Notes: generated from the letters alone by a model not told the origin. Counted from the first letter of the stretch, positions 10,101-20,327 are shown. The stretch is 64,000 nucleotides of DNA from an uncultured Thermoleophilia bacterium (GCA_963710465.1 CAVQAQ010000009.1:22515-86514); one strand, 5' to 3'. Translations and numbers: made by a program.

Positions 10101-10466
10101 TCAGCTGACCGTGAAGTCCCCGTGCATCTGCGACTCGTGCGGGGCGCAGTAGAAGGAGTACGACCCCTTCGTCAGCTTGACGGTGACCGTCTTGTTCCCG
10201 ACGAACGAGACGCTGGTCAGCGTCTTCTCGAACTTCGGGCTGCCCTTCTCCTTCTCGACCACGAAGCTGTGGATGCTCGCCTTGTCGGCGATCTTGAAGG
10301 TGTACGTGCCGGGGGTGAGGTGCTTGATCCCTTTCCCGTTCTGCTTGAGCGAGATCGTGAAGCCCGGCCCGACGGTGCCGGTCAGCGTCTTCGCCGAAGG
10401 CTTTGCGGCCGCTACGGCGGCGGCGATGAGCGCGAGTGCCGCGACCGCGGCGATCGTCCGTTTCAT
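10101..10466 (-). CDS. Secreted cupredoxin-like (type 1 copper) protein
   Basis: ATG at 10466 preceded by AAGGAGG. Signal peptide MKRTIAAVAALALIAAAVAAA. Ligand pattern ..IHSF.. and FYCAPHESQMHG (C-x2-H-x3-M). Visibly lower GC than the neighbouring genes. Confidence 0.7.
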   Translation of the reverse strand: MKRTIAAVAALALIAAAVAAAKPSAKTLTGTVGPGFTISLKQNGKGIKHLTPGTYTFKIADKASIHSFVVEKEKGSPKFEKTLTSVSFVGNKTVTVKLTKGSYSFYCAPHESQMHGDFTVS

Positions 10467-10522
10467 GGTGAATCCTCCTTGGTCGGTCACCGGCCTAGTA
10501 CGGCCGACCCCCGCCGCCGGAT

Positions 10523-11502
10523 TCAGGGGACGCGGCTGAAGGTGAAGACCGACACGCCGGCGGCCAGGAGCGCGAGGAGCCCTGCGGCGAGCATGAACGC
10601 CCAGGTGATCTCCTCCTTGGCCGGCTCCTTGGCGAGCAGAGAGCCGATGCTCGCGTACGCCGAGTCGAGCGCCTGGCTGCTGGCCGCGTCGAAGTATTTC
10701 CCGCCGGTCTCAGTGGCGATACGGCGCAGCGTCTCGCGGTCGGGCGGCACGGGGATCTGGCGGCCGCCGAAGTCGAGCACGCCCTGGTCGGTGCCGAGCG
10801 CGATCGTGTAGACGGGCACGCACAGCGACTTCGCCTTGGCGGCGCCGTCGTCGGGGGTCAGCGCGCCGGCGGTCTGGAAGCCGTCCGAGAGGAACAGCAC
10901 CGCGGCCGGCTCCTTGTTTCCCGTCGTCGAGCACGAGGTCACGGCCGCGAGCCGGCGGTCGCCGGGGTTCCCGACCGCGTCATGCGCGAGCTGGGCGGCG
11001 CGCGCGACGGCGTCGCCGATCGCGGTTCCGCGCTGCGGCGAGAGGTAGGACAGTGCGTCGCGGACGAGCTGCCGGTCGCGCGTGACGGGCGCGGCCACCT
11101 GGGCGTCGCCGGCGAAGGCGACCAGCCCGACGCGGAACTTCGGCGGCAGCCGGTCGAGGAGATGGCTGACTGCGTTCTGCGCGGCCTGGAGGCGGCTGGG
11201 CTGGACGTCCTGGGCGAACATCGACCCGGACTCGTCGATCGCCAGGACGATCGTCGCCTGCTCGCGCGTGTGCTGGACGTTCAGATGCGGGCGCGCCATC
11301 GCGGTCGCTGAACAGGCGAGCGCGAGCAGGAACAGGATCGGCGCGATCCAGCGCCGCCAGCTGCCGCGGCGGTCGACCACGCTCGCCAGCACGTCGATGT
11401 TGGTAAACGCGATCGCGTAACGGGACGGCCGGCGGCGCACGAGCAGGTACGCGAGCAGCACGGCGGGCACGAGCGCCAGCGCGATCAGGGCGAGCGGCCA
11501 CT
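10523..11502 (-). CDS. VWA domain-containing membrane protein (BatA/BatB-like)
   Basis: GTG at 11502 (VTFQWPLALIALAL..). MIDAS motif LAIDESGSM. C-terminal TM. The ORF extension to 12130 is rejected. Confidence 0.8.
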
Positions 11503-11508
11503 GGAACG

Positions 11509-12210
11509 TCACGGGGCACCCCTCGCACAGAGCAGCTGCACCTGGAGCAGCACGCGCATGGCGGATGGCACCAGGAACGTCCGCTGCACGGTGGCGACCG
11601 ACCTGCCGCCCTGCCGGCGCAGCTTCACGTTCACGCCGCTGAGCACCGTCGGGCTCGGCTGCAGCTGGGTGCGGAAGCCGACGGCGTAGCTGGCGCCTGC
11701 CAGGCGCTCGCCGCTCGCGCAGGCGGTGATGACGCCCACGGGCTGGTTGCCGCGCACCGACACCGTATGGAAGCGCCGCTGCAGCGGCTTGGGCTTCGCG
11801 GCCGTGAAGGCGGTGGTCGAGCGCCCGCCGCCGCCGCTCGTCGGGATGCACCCGACCACGGGACGGAAGGCGGTCGGCTGTGCGCGCGCGGAGACGGCCT
11901 GGAAGACCACGCTGCGCTTCGTGGAGATCCCCGGGTTGATCGGGCTGCCGAGCAGCCCGAGCCAGCGCACCTCGAGCGTCGGGTCGCCGAGGATCGCGTC
12001 GAGCCCGCCCGCGACGCTCCGCTTCGGGCACGTCACCTGGTAGAGGGCGGTCCTCGTGCCCCCCGGTACGGCGGTCGGGACCGCGACCCACGGGCCCGGG
12101 ACGGTGATGCAGACGTCGAGGCCCTTGCACTCGTTCGTGGCGCCGGCGCTCACGGGCAGGACGAGCAGCACGAGCCCGAGCAGCGGGGCGGCGAGGAGCG
12201 CGCGTCTCAC
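11509..12210 (-). CDS. Secreted Cys-containing hypothetical protein embedded in the MoxR/VWA operon
   Basis: GTG at 12210 overlaps the stop of the upstream VWA gene (GTGA). Signal peptide VRRALLAAPLLGLVLLVLPVSAGA. 233 aa, 6 Cys, no motif recognised. Confidence 0.55.
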   Translation of the reverse strand: MRRALLAAPLLGLVLLVLPVSAGATNECKGLDVCITVPGPWVAVPTAVPGGTRTALYQVTCPKRSVAGGLDAILGDPTLEVRWLGLLGSPINPGISTKRSVVFQAVSARAQPTAFRPVVGCIPTSGGGGRSTTAFTAAKPKPLQRRFHTVSVRGNQPVGVITACASGERLAGASYAVGFRTQLQPSPTVLSGVNVKLRRQGGRSVATVQRTFLVPSAMRVLLQVQLLCARGAP

Positions 12211-13172
12211 GGAAGCCTCCTGAAAAGGAGCGACGACAGCGCGCCCGACGCGAGCAGCAGGAGCACGCCCGCGCCGGCGAAGGCCGCGGTGATCTCGGAC
12301 GGCTTGCGCACGTGGCCGAGCCGCTTGCCGAGATCCGAGTAGACCTTCTTCAGGTCGGCGTCGGTCGCGGCCGTGAACGCCTGGCCGCCGCTGAGCTGGG
12401 CGACCTGCTGGAGCGTGGTGGGATCGGCGGGAACGCGGATGCGCTCGGTATACCCGCCCACGAGCTTCTGTGTGATCACGCCGTCGGGCGTCCCCAGCGA
12501 GACGGTGTAGATCGGCACGCCCGCGGCCTTGGCGCGTCGCGCCGCCGCGGTCGGGGTGATCGAGCCGATCGTCTGGGCGCCGTCCGACACGAGCAGGATG
12601 GCGGCGGGCGGCGGCTTCCCGTTGCTGCCGCGCACCTTTCCGGCGGAGCGCAGCGCGAGCGAGATCGCCTCGCCGATCGTCGTCCCCGCTCCGGTCCGCG
12701 CCTGCGCGAGCGCCTGACGGACGACGTCGCGGTCCGTCGTCGGGGGCGCCACGACGGCGGCGCGGTCGGCGAACGTGACGGCGCCGACCTGCAGCGACTT
12801 GGGCACGACCTTGAGGAAGCGGTCGATGGCTGCGCCCGCGGCGGCCAGGCGCGTCGGTTTCACATCCGTCGCAGTCATCGACTTCGAGATGTCGACGGCG
12901 AGGATCACCGTGGCCTCGTTCTGCGTGACCGACCGCGTCGCGTGCGGCCGCGCGAAGCCCGTGACGAGCACGGCGACGGCCAGCAGCAGGATCGCGACCG
13001 GCAAATGGCGGAGCCGCCCGGGGCTGCGCGCGACGACGTTCGGGAAGAGTGCCGGCGAGGCGAACACGGCGGCGTCGTGCCGGCGCCGCCGCCGCTCGAG
13101 CAGGACGTAGGCGACGGCGGCCAGCGGGACGACCAGCAGTGCGAGCAGCGCGAGGGGCCACTCGAAGCTCAC
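12207..13172 (-). CDS. VWA domain-containing membrane protein (BatA/BatB-like)
   Basis: MSFEWPLALLALL.. N-terminal TM, MIDAS motif LAVDISKSM, C-terminal TM. The start overlaps the DUF58 stop. Confidence 0.85.
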   Translation of the reverse strand: MSFEWPLALLALLVVPLAAVAYVLLERRRRRHDAAVFASPALFPNVVARSPGRLRHLPVAILLLAVAVLVTGFARPHATRSVTQNEATVILAVDISKSMTATDVKPTRLAAAGAAIDRFLKVVPKSLQVGAVTFADRAAVVAPPTTDRDVVRQALAQARTGAGTTIGEAISLALRSAGKVRGSNGKPPPAAILLVSDGAQTIGSITPTAAARRAKAAGVPIYTVSLGTPDGVITQKLVGGYTERIRVPADPTTLQQVAQLSGGQAFTAATDADLKKVYSDLGKRLGHVRKPSEITAAFAGAGVLLLLASGALSSLLFRRLP

Positions 13173-14095
13173 CGGCGCGGGCCTCCGCGGCGCAGGAACG
13201 GGACGAGCACGCGCAGCCAGTCGCCCTCGGTCGGAAGGACGACGTGGCGCACGCCGACCGATACGAACGTGGACGCGACACCGCTCCGCTCAGACTCGGC
13301 GGCGGCGGCGAACCGCGCGCGCAGCCGCGCGCTGCGCGTGTCGACACGGAGCTTGCGGCCGGTTTCGGGGTCGACGAGCCAGAGCTCGCCCATCGCCGGC
13401 AGCTCCTGCTCACGCGGGTCGCGGATCTCGATCGCGACGACGTCGTGGCGGGAGGCGAGCTGGATGAGCTGCGGGCGCCAGTCGAGCGGCCCGCGGAAGT
13501 CGGAGATGACCACGATGAGGGCACGCTGCCGCGCGACGGAGGCCGCGCGCGAGAAGGCGGCGGCGAACGAGGTCGCCCCGGCCTCCGGCTCACGCTCCTC
13601 GCGGAGCTCCGTGAGCATGCCCAGCAGGCCGGCGCGGCCCTGGCGCGGCGGCAGCACCCGCGGCTCCGCGCCGCCGAACGCGACCACGCCGAGCCTGTTA
13701 CCGCGTCGCGTCGCCACGTGCGCGAGCGCGAGCGCCGCGCCCTCGGCGACGTCCGCCTTGCGCCGGTCAGCCGTGCCGAACCGCATCGACGCGGACGCGT
13801 CGACGACCACCCAGCTCGTGAGCACGCGCTCCGCCAGGTGGACGCGCACGTGCGGGACGCGTGTCCGCGCGGTCACGTTCCAGTCGATCATGCGGACGTC
13901 GTCGCCCGGCTCGTACGGGCGCACCTGCGCGAGCTCCGTCCCGGGACCGAGACGCGTCGACCGGTAGTCGCCCGCCAGCAGCCCCTCGACACGCCGCCCG
14001 ATGGTCAGGTCGAGGGCGCGCAGGACGCTGCCGGGCAGCGGCCCAGGCCCCGGGCGCGACGGGTCGCGCCGCGCGGCGAGGGCGTCGACGGTCAC
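13169..14095 (-). CDS. DUF58 domain-containing protein
   Basis: GTG at 14095 overlaps the MoxR stop (GTGA). Motif GTELAQVRPYEPGDDVRMIDWNVTART. Confidence 0.85.
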   Translation of the reverse strand: MTVDALAARRDPSRPGPGPLPGSVLRALDLTIGRRVEGLLAGDYRSTRLGPGTELAQVRPYEPGDDVRMIDWNVTARTRVPHVRVHLAERVLTSWVVVDASASMRFGTADRRKADVAEGAALALAHVATRRGNRLGVVAFGGAEPRVLPPRQGRAGLLGMLTELREEREPEAGATSFAAAFSRAASVARQRALIVVISDFRGPLDWRPQLIQLASRHDVVAIEIRDPREQELPAMGELWLVDPETGRKLRVDTRSARLRARFAAAAESERSGVASTFVSVGVRHVVLPTEGDWLRVLVPFLRRGGPRR

Positions 14096-15108
14096 GCGGC
14101 CACGCGCCGCAGGTCGATCTGCGGCAGTGGCAGGGTCGACAGCACCCGGTCGAGGATCAGGTCGGGCTGCACCTCTTCGGCAAGCGCGCGATAGGACAGC
14201 ACGAGCCGGTGCCGGAGCGCGTCCTTGGCGAGCTCCCACAGATCGGCGCCGACGACGTAGTCGCGGCCGCGGATGAGCGCGAGCGCGCGGCCGCTCTGGA
14301 TCAGGCTGATCGGCCCTCGCGGGCTGGCGCCATAGGCGATGTACTCGGTCAGCTCCGGCAGGTTGTACTCGGCGGGCCGCCGCGTGACGTCGGCGAGGGT
14401 CACCGACCAGCTGATCAGCGCCGGGTCGACGTAGACCGCCGCCACCTGCCGCTGGATATCGAGTAGGTCGTCGACGCTGAGCGTCCGCCGCAGGTTGGGC
14501 GCGGGGACCAGCGAGCGCTGGACGACGGTCAGCTCGTCGTCGTGCCCCGGGTAGCCGACGAGCACCTTGAGCATGAAGCGGTCGATCTGGGCCTCCGGCA
14601 GCGGGTACGTGCCCTCCGACTCGATCGGATTCTGGGTCGCCATGACGAGGAACGGGTCGGGCACCGGGTAGGTCGTGTGGCCGATCGTCACCTGGTGCTC
14701 CTGCATGACCTCGAGCAGCGCCGACTGCACCTTGGCCGGCGCGCGGTTGATCTCGTCCGCGAGCAGGAAGTTGCAGAAGACAGGGCCAAGCTCGGTGTCG
14801 AACTCGCCGCTGTCGGGCCGGTAGATGCGCGTGCCGACCAGGTCCGACGGGACGAGGTCGGGCGTGAACTGGACGCGGTGGAAGGTGCCGCCGAGCACGC
14901 CGGCGGTCGTCTTGATGGTCAGCGTCTTGGCCAGCCCGGGGACGCCCTCGATGAGCAGGTGGCCGCCGGCGAGCAGGCAGACGAGGACGCGCTCGAGCAT
15001 GCTCTCCTGCCCGGCGATGACGCGCCGGATCTCGAACAGCGCCTCCTCGAGGCGGTCGTGGACGGTGGGGCCTTCGGGAGAGGCGGAATCGGGCTCGACA
15101 GTCGCCAC
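14092..15108 (-). CDS. MoxR-family AAA+ ATPase
   Basis: GTG at 15108 preceded by GAAGGAGCGACC. Walker A GVPGLAKT. Motifs ..FLLADEINRAPAKVQSALLEVMQE.. Confidence 0.9.
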   Translation of the reverse strand: MATVEPDSASPEGPTVHDRLEEALFEIRRVIAGQESMLERVLVCLLAGGHLLIEGVPGLAKTLTIKTTAGVLGGTFHRVQFTPDLVPSDLVGTRIYRPDSGEFDTELGPVFCNFLLADEINRAPAKVQSALLEVMQEHQVTIGHTTYPVPDPFLVMATQNPIESEGTYPLPEAQIDRFMLKVLVGYPGHDDELTVVQRSLVPAPNLRRTLSVDDLLDIQRQVAAVYVDPALISWSVTLADVTRRPAEYNLPELTEYIAYGASPRGPISLIQSGRALALIRGRDYVVGADLWELAKDALRHRLVLSYRALAEEVQPDLILDRVLSTLPLPQIDLRRVAA

Positions 15109-15187
15109 GGTCGCTCCTTCGTGTTCGCGGGTCAGCGGGGGCGGCCGCCCAGCGACCGCGTCTGCCGACGATGACAGCACAAAACGG

Positions 15188-15811
15188 CTAAGAAGCGGGT
15201 GAAAAATTCCGCCGGCGCCGCAGCCACAACACGATGGCGGCGGCGCCGAGGATGACCGCGAGCGCGCCGGCGATGACGCCGATCGTCCCGTAGCTCCGGC
15301 CACCGCCCGAGACCGCCTGGGGCGCGACGGTGACGCCGTGCGCGGCCGCGAGCTTCTGGACGGCCACCTCGGCCGTGTCGATCAGGCCGGCCGGGCCCTG
15401 GGGCTTCGGCACCTTCCTCAGCACCGCGTACTCGGCCGTGGACGTGTGCTTCGTGTGGTTGAAGCCGAGCCCGGCCGGCATGACGATCAGCAGCGGCCCC
15501 TTGTAGAGGAAGGCGAGCTCCTGGCCGAGGAAGTGCGCATACGTGCGCGGCTGGCCCCAGAGCGACGTCACGGCGCCGAGGTCGGACTTGTTCGCGATCA
15601 GGGCGACCCGGATCTTGTAGCCGCGGTCGTTCGCGTCCTTGACGAGGGCCGCGAGCTCCTGCTGCTTGCTCTCGGGGTACTTGACGCTGAACGGGAAGAA
15701 CACCTGCTGCGAGAGCAGGTAGTCGCTCGCCGGGTCGCCGTCGGCGCGCGCGGACCCGGCCACGGCGGCGGCTGCAAGCAGCAGGGCAAGGAGGATGGCG
15801 GCGCGTCTCAT
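15188..15811 (-). CDS. Secreted hypothetical protein with a C-terminal TM anchor
   Basis: Signal peptide MRRAAILLALLLAAAAVAGSARA. C-terminal IGVIAGALAVILGAAAIVLWL. The ATG overlaps the stop of the CopCD gene (ATGA). Confidence 0.6.
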   Translation of the reverse strand: MRRAAILLALLLAAAAVAGSARADGDPASDYLLSQQVFFPFSVKYPESKQQELAALVKDANDRGYKIRVALIANKSDLGAVTSLWGQPRTYAHFLGQELAFLYKGPLLIVMPAGLGFNHTKHTSTAEYAVLRKVPKPQGPAGLIDTAEVAVQKLAAAHGVTVAPQAVSGGGRSYGTIGVIAGALAVILGAAAIVLWLRRRRNFSPAS

Positions 15812-17517
15812 CCGTTGGCGTGGTCGACGAGCACGACGTCAAAGGGTGCCTGGCCGCGCGGCGCGATCTCGAACGTGAGCCCCCAGCGGCCGACCATGAC
15901 GAGCGCCGGCGCCGACTTCACGTACAGCCCGGGCGACTGCTCGCGCAGGCGATACGACTGGTTCGGCATCTCCATGTCGAGCATCGCGAAGGTCTGCGTG
16001 ACGTCGGCGCCGGTGACCGGCTTGCCGCCCTTCGTGATGCGCACGGCGGAGGCGTTGTCCACGGCCGCCTTGTTCGGCGTCACCCGCAGCTCGACGCGGT
16101 AGCCGTTCTGGTTGACGACGCTGGCGACCCGCCCAGGGCCGACGGTCGCGGCCACCTTCCCCAGCCCCGCGAGCGCCTTCGGCGGCGGCGGCAGGCTCGA
16201 GAGCACGGCGGCAGCGAAGATCGCGGACGCGACGACCACGACCTCGACGCTGACGAGCCGCCGCAGGAGCCGCGCGGCTCCCACGGCGCGGTCGCCGCTC
16301 GCCGCCAGCCCGGGCTTCGTGCGCAGCAGGTTGACGGCGCCGAGCAGCATCGCGACGAACAGGAGCCCCGACCTTCCAGAGGATCGTCTTCCCGTACGAG
16401 GTCTCCCACAGCGACGAGACCGTCGGCAGGTGAAGCACCGATGCGGTGATGCCGGTGATGAGCAGGGCATTCACCGAGACGAAGGCCACGTTGGAGAAGC
16501 GCGGTACGACGACGGCCAGCCCGGCGACGCGCTTGCCGACCTGCAGGCTGCGCCACAGCACGAGCAGCCCGATCAGGCCGCCGATCCACAGCGAGCCGGC
16601 GGCCACGTGCACCCAGTCGACGGTGATCGCGAGCCAGCGCGGCGAGGTCTGGGCCGCGTGCCCGGCCGCGGCCGGGCCGATCGAGCACCGCGCCCGCGGC
16701 GAGCAGCGCTCCGATCAGCGAGAGCAGCGCCGCCACCGAGCGCACCTTCCGGTCGGGACGATCGAGCCACAGTGCCGCCGCCGCCGCGAGCGCGAACAGG
16801 CCGAGCGTCAGCTCGATGTCGAGGTAGCCGCGCCCGAACGCCGAGGTGCGCATCAGCGGCACGAGATCGCCGATCGCCCAGACCGAGCGGAGCGAGAAGT
16901 CAGCAGTCGCAACCAGTACGTAGACGGGCGTCGCAACGAGCGCGACGGCCAGCGCGATCCAGAACGCGATCGAGACGGCCCGAAGCCGGGTGCCTGCGAC
17001 GCGGGCGGCCAGCGGCCTGGCTATGGCGATGCGCAGGACGAACAGGCCGACGGCGGCCATGATCGACAGAAACGTGATCCAGCGGGCCGTGATCAGCCGC
17101 GGCGTCACGGCGGTCTCGGACAGCGACGGGATGACGAAGCGCGGCGGAGGGCCCGGGGTTCGGGCCGACCTTGAACGTGAACGCGCCGCGCACCGGGTGG
17201 CCGTCCACGGAGATGACCCGCCAGAAGACGAGGTACCAACCCTCGGGAACGCGCTTCAGCGGCACGAGTAGCTCGTTCGGGTTGGTCGGCGAGCGGCGCA
17301 CGGCGCCGTCGACCTGCTGGTCGGCGGCCGCGTTCGTCACCGACACGATCGCGAAGCGCGGCTCGACCGCCTCGCTGTAGGTCAGCCGCACCTGCGGCGG
17401 CGACGCGTTGACCTCGGCGCTCGCCGCGGGAAACGTCTTCAGCAGCGCGGCGTGCGCCCACGCCGCCGCCGGGGCGGCAAGCGCGGCCAGCAGCGCGCAG
17501 GCGAGGATCAGGCGACG
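15808..17517 (-). pseudogene. CopC-CopD-YtkA-like copper resistance/uptake fusion protein (YcnJ-like); three frame changes (about 17148, 16682, 16369); start codon not resolved
   Basis: CopC part: ..WAHAALLKTFPAASAEV..WRVISVDGHPVRGAFTFKV. CopD part is polytopic: ..DWVHVAAGSLWIGGLIGLL.. C-terminal part: ..AMLDMEMPNQ.. These are read across four ORF fragments (16900-17763, 16080-17108, 15839-16612, 15808-16470). Confidence 0.7.
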
Positions 17518-18354
17518 TGGAGCGTGAACGGCGCGGTCACCACCTTCCCGTTCACCTTGGTCTGCAGGAACAGCCGCCACGTGCCCGCGACCGGAAGCAG
17601 CACGCCGACCTTCAGGCGGCCCGGCGTGCTCGAGGTGCCCGTGACCCTGGCGCCGCCGAGCACGCTGGCGCAGCCGGTGGCGCCGGGCGCGCAGACGTGC
17701 GTGTGGAAGTAGTCGAGCGAGCCGGTGCGGAAGAAGATCGCGTGCGCGAGCGCGCCGAACCACGGCGTGAACGTCGCCGGCTTACCGTCGGGGCCGGTGA
17801 CGGTGAAGTCGAGGAGGCCCGCCTGCGCGGCGCGGAGCTTCGGCTTGCCCGCGACCGCGAACCGGTAGCCGTCCTCGGTCTCGACCGGCTTGAACGGCGG
17901 CGTGGGTTCCGCGTGGTAGGGCCCCTTCACGTTGACCTTGTCGAAGAGCTGGAAGCTCGGCACCGGCCCGGTGTTCTGCGGGTACGCGTCGATGACGACG
18001 CGGTACGGGCCCGGCTTCGCAAGTGTGACGGTGTCGCTGACCTTCCCGTCCTTTCCGACCGGCGGGTGGTGATGGATGATCGTGCTCAGGTCGCGCCGCA
18101 CGACGATGACGTGCACGCCGTTGTGCGGGCCGGCGCCGTGGCGGTACGCCGTCAGCGGCTTGCCGTCGGGCTGGACGATCGTGAACGAGAGCGGCGTCGG
18201 CTTGCCGGCCGTGACCGGGCCGCTCGGGCGTGAAGCCCTGGAGGTGGTAGGTCTGGCCCGGCTGGACGGTGATCGACGGCCCGCTCGAGCCGCCGCCGCA
18301 CGCGGCGAGGGCCAGCGGCGCGAGCAGCGCGGCGACGACAATGCGGACGGTCAT
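17508..18354 (-). pseudogene. Lipoprotein with His-rich motifs (putative metal-binding); one frame change at about 18230
   Basis: ATG at 18354. Lipobox in MTVRIVVAALLAPLALAACGG. It continues in ORF 17508-18341 with IIHHHPPVG and YFHTHVCAPG. Confidence 0.55.
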
Positions 18355-18378
18355 GTGGTGCCTCCTCGGAGTTCGCTG

Positions 18379-18880
18379 GTGAGCCCGGCGGCGGTTGCGA
18401 TCGCCGCCGTGGCGCTGCTCGTGCCGACGCCGATCGGCGTCGGGCCGCGCTTCCATCCGGCGCCCGCGGCGCGCGGCGGCTGCGCGCCCGCGCCGCTCGG
18501 GGGCGGCGGACGCGTGCACTTCGAGCTGTTCGCGGCCGGCCGCGTCGTCATCGTCCCGGCCGGCATCGGCGTGCGCGGCGGGCGCGACCGCTTCGGCCGC
18601 ATCACGGCCGCGCGCTGCCGCGGCGCCGTGTGGACGACCGACCCCACCGGCGTCGTCCACTTCCAGGGCGCGCGGACGCTCGGCGGCCTCTTCGCGGCGT
18701 GGGGCCGGCGCCTGCGGCCCGGCCGGCTGCTCACCTTCCGCGGCCCGGTGCGTCTCTACCGGAACGGCGTGCGGATGGCCGGCGAACCGCGGCTGGCGCG
18801 CCTGCGCGACCGCGACGAGCTCGTGCTCGAGGTCGGGTCCCTACATCCGGCCGCACCGCTCGTACCGCTTCCCGCCGTAG
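18379..18880 (+). pseudogene. Conserved-looking hypothetical secreted protein; probable frame change at about 18838
   Basis: GTG at 18379, 8 nt after GGAG. ..VHFELFAAGRVVIVPAGIGV..C..VVHFQG..LGGLFAAWG..VRLYRNG..ELVLEVG, then ..PYIRPHRSYRFPP with its stop at 18880 in the neighbouring frame. No family name recalled. Confidence 0.4.
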
Positions 18881-19009
18881 CGCGCTCATACCGGCCCCGG
18901 CGTGCGTCCGAGCAGCACGATCATCACGACCACGGCGGCGATCCCCGCGGCGAGGGCGAGCACCGCGACGAGGAGGCGAAGCGTCTGCCCGTTCATGCGG
19001 CCGCCCGTG

Positions 19010-19602
19010 TCACGTCAGCGACCGGCCTCCCGTGCCGACGAGCCCGATGATCGCGAGGATCAGCGCGATCCCGGCGACGACGAGGGCGATGATCGCCAGC
19101 GTCGAGTTGCTGCTCGAGCCGCCGAGCGAGGAGACGGCCTCGATCGTCGGCGCGGGCGTGTCGGACGATTCCGGCCCGCTCCAGTCGACGACCTTTCCGT
19201 CGGAGTACGTCTGGCGAACGGTGGAACGTGTACGTCTTCGCCGAATCGGCCGAGGCGTTGAAGCGGAAGACCGAGTCCTGGTCGGTCGGCACGTGGCCGC
19301 CCGTCCAGGTGACCTTCTGGACGACGGTGTTCTCGCCCGTGCCGGTCGTCTGCTCCTCCATCTTCCAACCGGGCGCAGGCGGGCTCGAAGGAGTCGATGC
19401 CGAAGCCGGACGGGACGGTGAGCTCGATCTCGGTGGTCGTCGCCCCTTCCTCCTCGGTCGGGACGGACAGCGTGAACTGCTGGGCCTTCCCCTTCAGCGC
19501 GACGGGCGGCGACATGATCGCGTGCGCCCACGCCGATGCGGGCACGACGAGCGCGGCCGCGGCCGCAAGAACGGGTACGAGCAGGCGTGCGTTGCCTCTC
19601 AC
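19010..19602 (-). pseudogene. YcnI-like DUF1775 copper-binding protein; two frame changes (about 19380 and about 19224)
   Basis: Signal peptide, then mature N-terminal His (..SAWAHAIMSPP..). ..QFTLSVPTEEE..IELTVPSGF..SFEP / ..KMEEQTTGTGENTVVQKVTWTGG.. / ..VRQTYSDGKVVDWSGPE.. plus a C-terminal TM. GTG at 19602 overlaps the upstream stop (GTGA). Confidence 0.7.
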
Positions 19603-20273
19603 GGATCCTCCTTCAAGCGTGGTCGGGAAACGGCGGGCACGCGCCCGCCGCGACGGCTACGCGAGGAGCGGCGGTGGCCCGCGCTGGGCCAGGCGGTCCG
19701 CGAGCGGCGAGCGGCGGCGGGCCGACGACCGGCTGCGGCGGCCGCTCGGAGCGCGATGACGAAGACGGCGCGCGGCGGGTCCGCGGCGAGGGCGCGCCCG
19801 GCGCTCTCGGCGGCGCCGAGCAGCAGCCGCGCGACCAGGTAGGCGACGAGTGCGAACGGCAGCTGGAAGAGGAGCCCCGGAATGAACGTGGGCGCCTCGA
19901 CGGCCTGCCAGACGAACGTCCCGCTGTGGACCGAGCGCTCGAGCACCTCCTGGAGCACGAACGCGACCGGCGGCAGCAGCGCGAAGGCGCCGGCCGGAAG
20001 GCGCTCGACGTGCCGGCCGCGCGCAGCGTCGGCTGCGGCAAAGAGGAGCGCGACGAGCGCCACGGCGGCGCCGGCGGCGAGCACGAACGGCAGCCGGTCG
20101 AGGTAGCCGTGGCCCGTCACGAAAAGCGCGTGCACCCGGACATCGGTCGACGGGTAGACCCAGCGGTAGGCGAGGACGTGCGCCGCCTGCGAGCCGACCA
20201 GCATCAGCGGCAGCGCGAAAAGCCAGGCCAGCCCGCGACGCATCGGGCCGAATCGTGCCACACGGAGCGGCAT
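19599..20273 (-). CDS. Hypothetical integral membrane protein, coupled to the YcnI-like gene
   Basis: 224-aa ORF with about 4 hydrophobic spans (LAWLFALPLMLVG.., LPFVLAAGAAVALVALLF.., PTFIPGLLFQLPFALVAYLVARLLL). The tail is Arg-rich, so the true 3' end is uncertain. Confidence 0.5.
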   Translation of the reverse strand: MPLRVARFGPMRRGLAWLFALPLMLVGSQAAHVLAYRWVYPSTDVRVHALFVTGHGYLDRLPFVLAAGAAVALVALLFAAADAARGRHVERLPAGAFALLPPVAFVLQEVLERSVHSGTFVWQAVEAPTFIPGLLFQLPFALVAYLVARLLLGAAESAGRALAADPPRAVFVIALRAAAAAGRRPAAARRSRTAWPSAGHRRSSRSRRGGRVPAVSRPRLKEDP

Positions 20274-20327
20274 GCGCTGCCGCGGCGCCGCATCTGGCGG
20301 ATCCGGCAGCTTGGTAGCGTCTTTGCG

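Noticed and set aside
10523-13593. N-terminal extensions of ORFs 10523-12130, 11509-13593, 13169-14239, 14092-15303, 25531-27534 and 51099-52340
   Set aside because: In each case an internal GTG or ATG sits exactly at a 1-4 nt overlap with the upstream stop and precedes a signal peptide or the conserved family N-terminus. The extended parts overlap the upstream gene out of frame.
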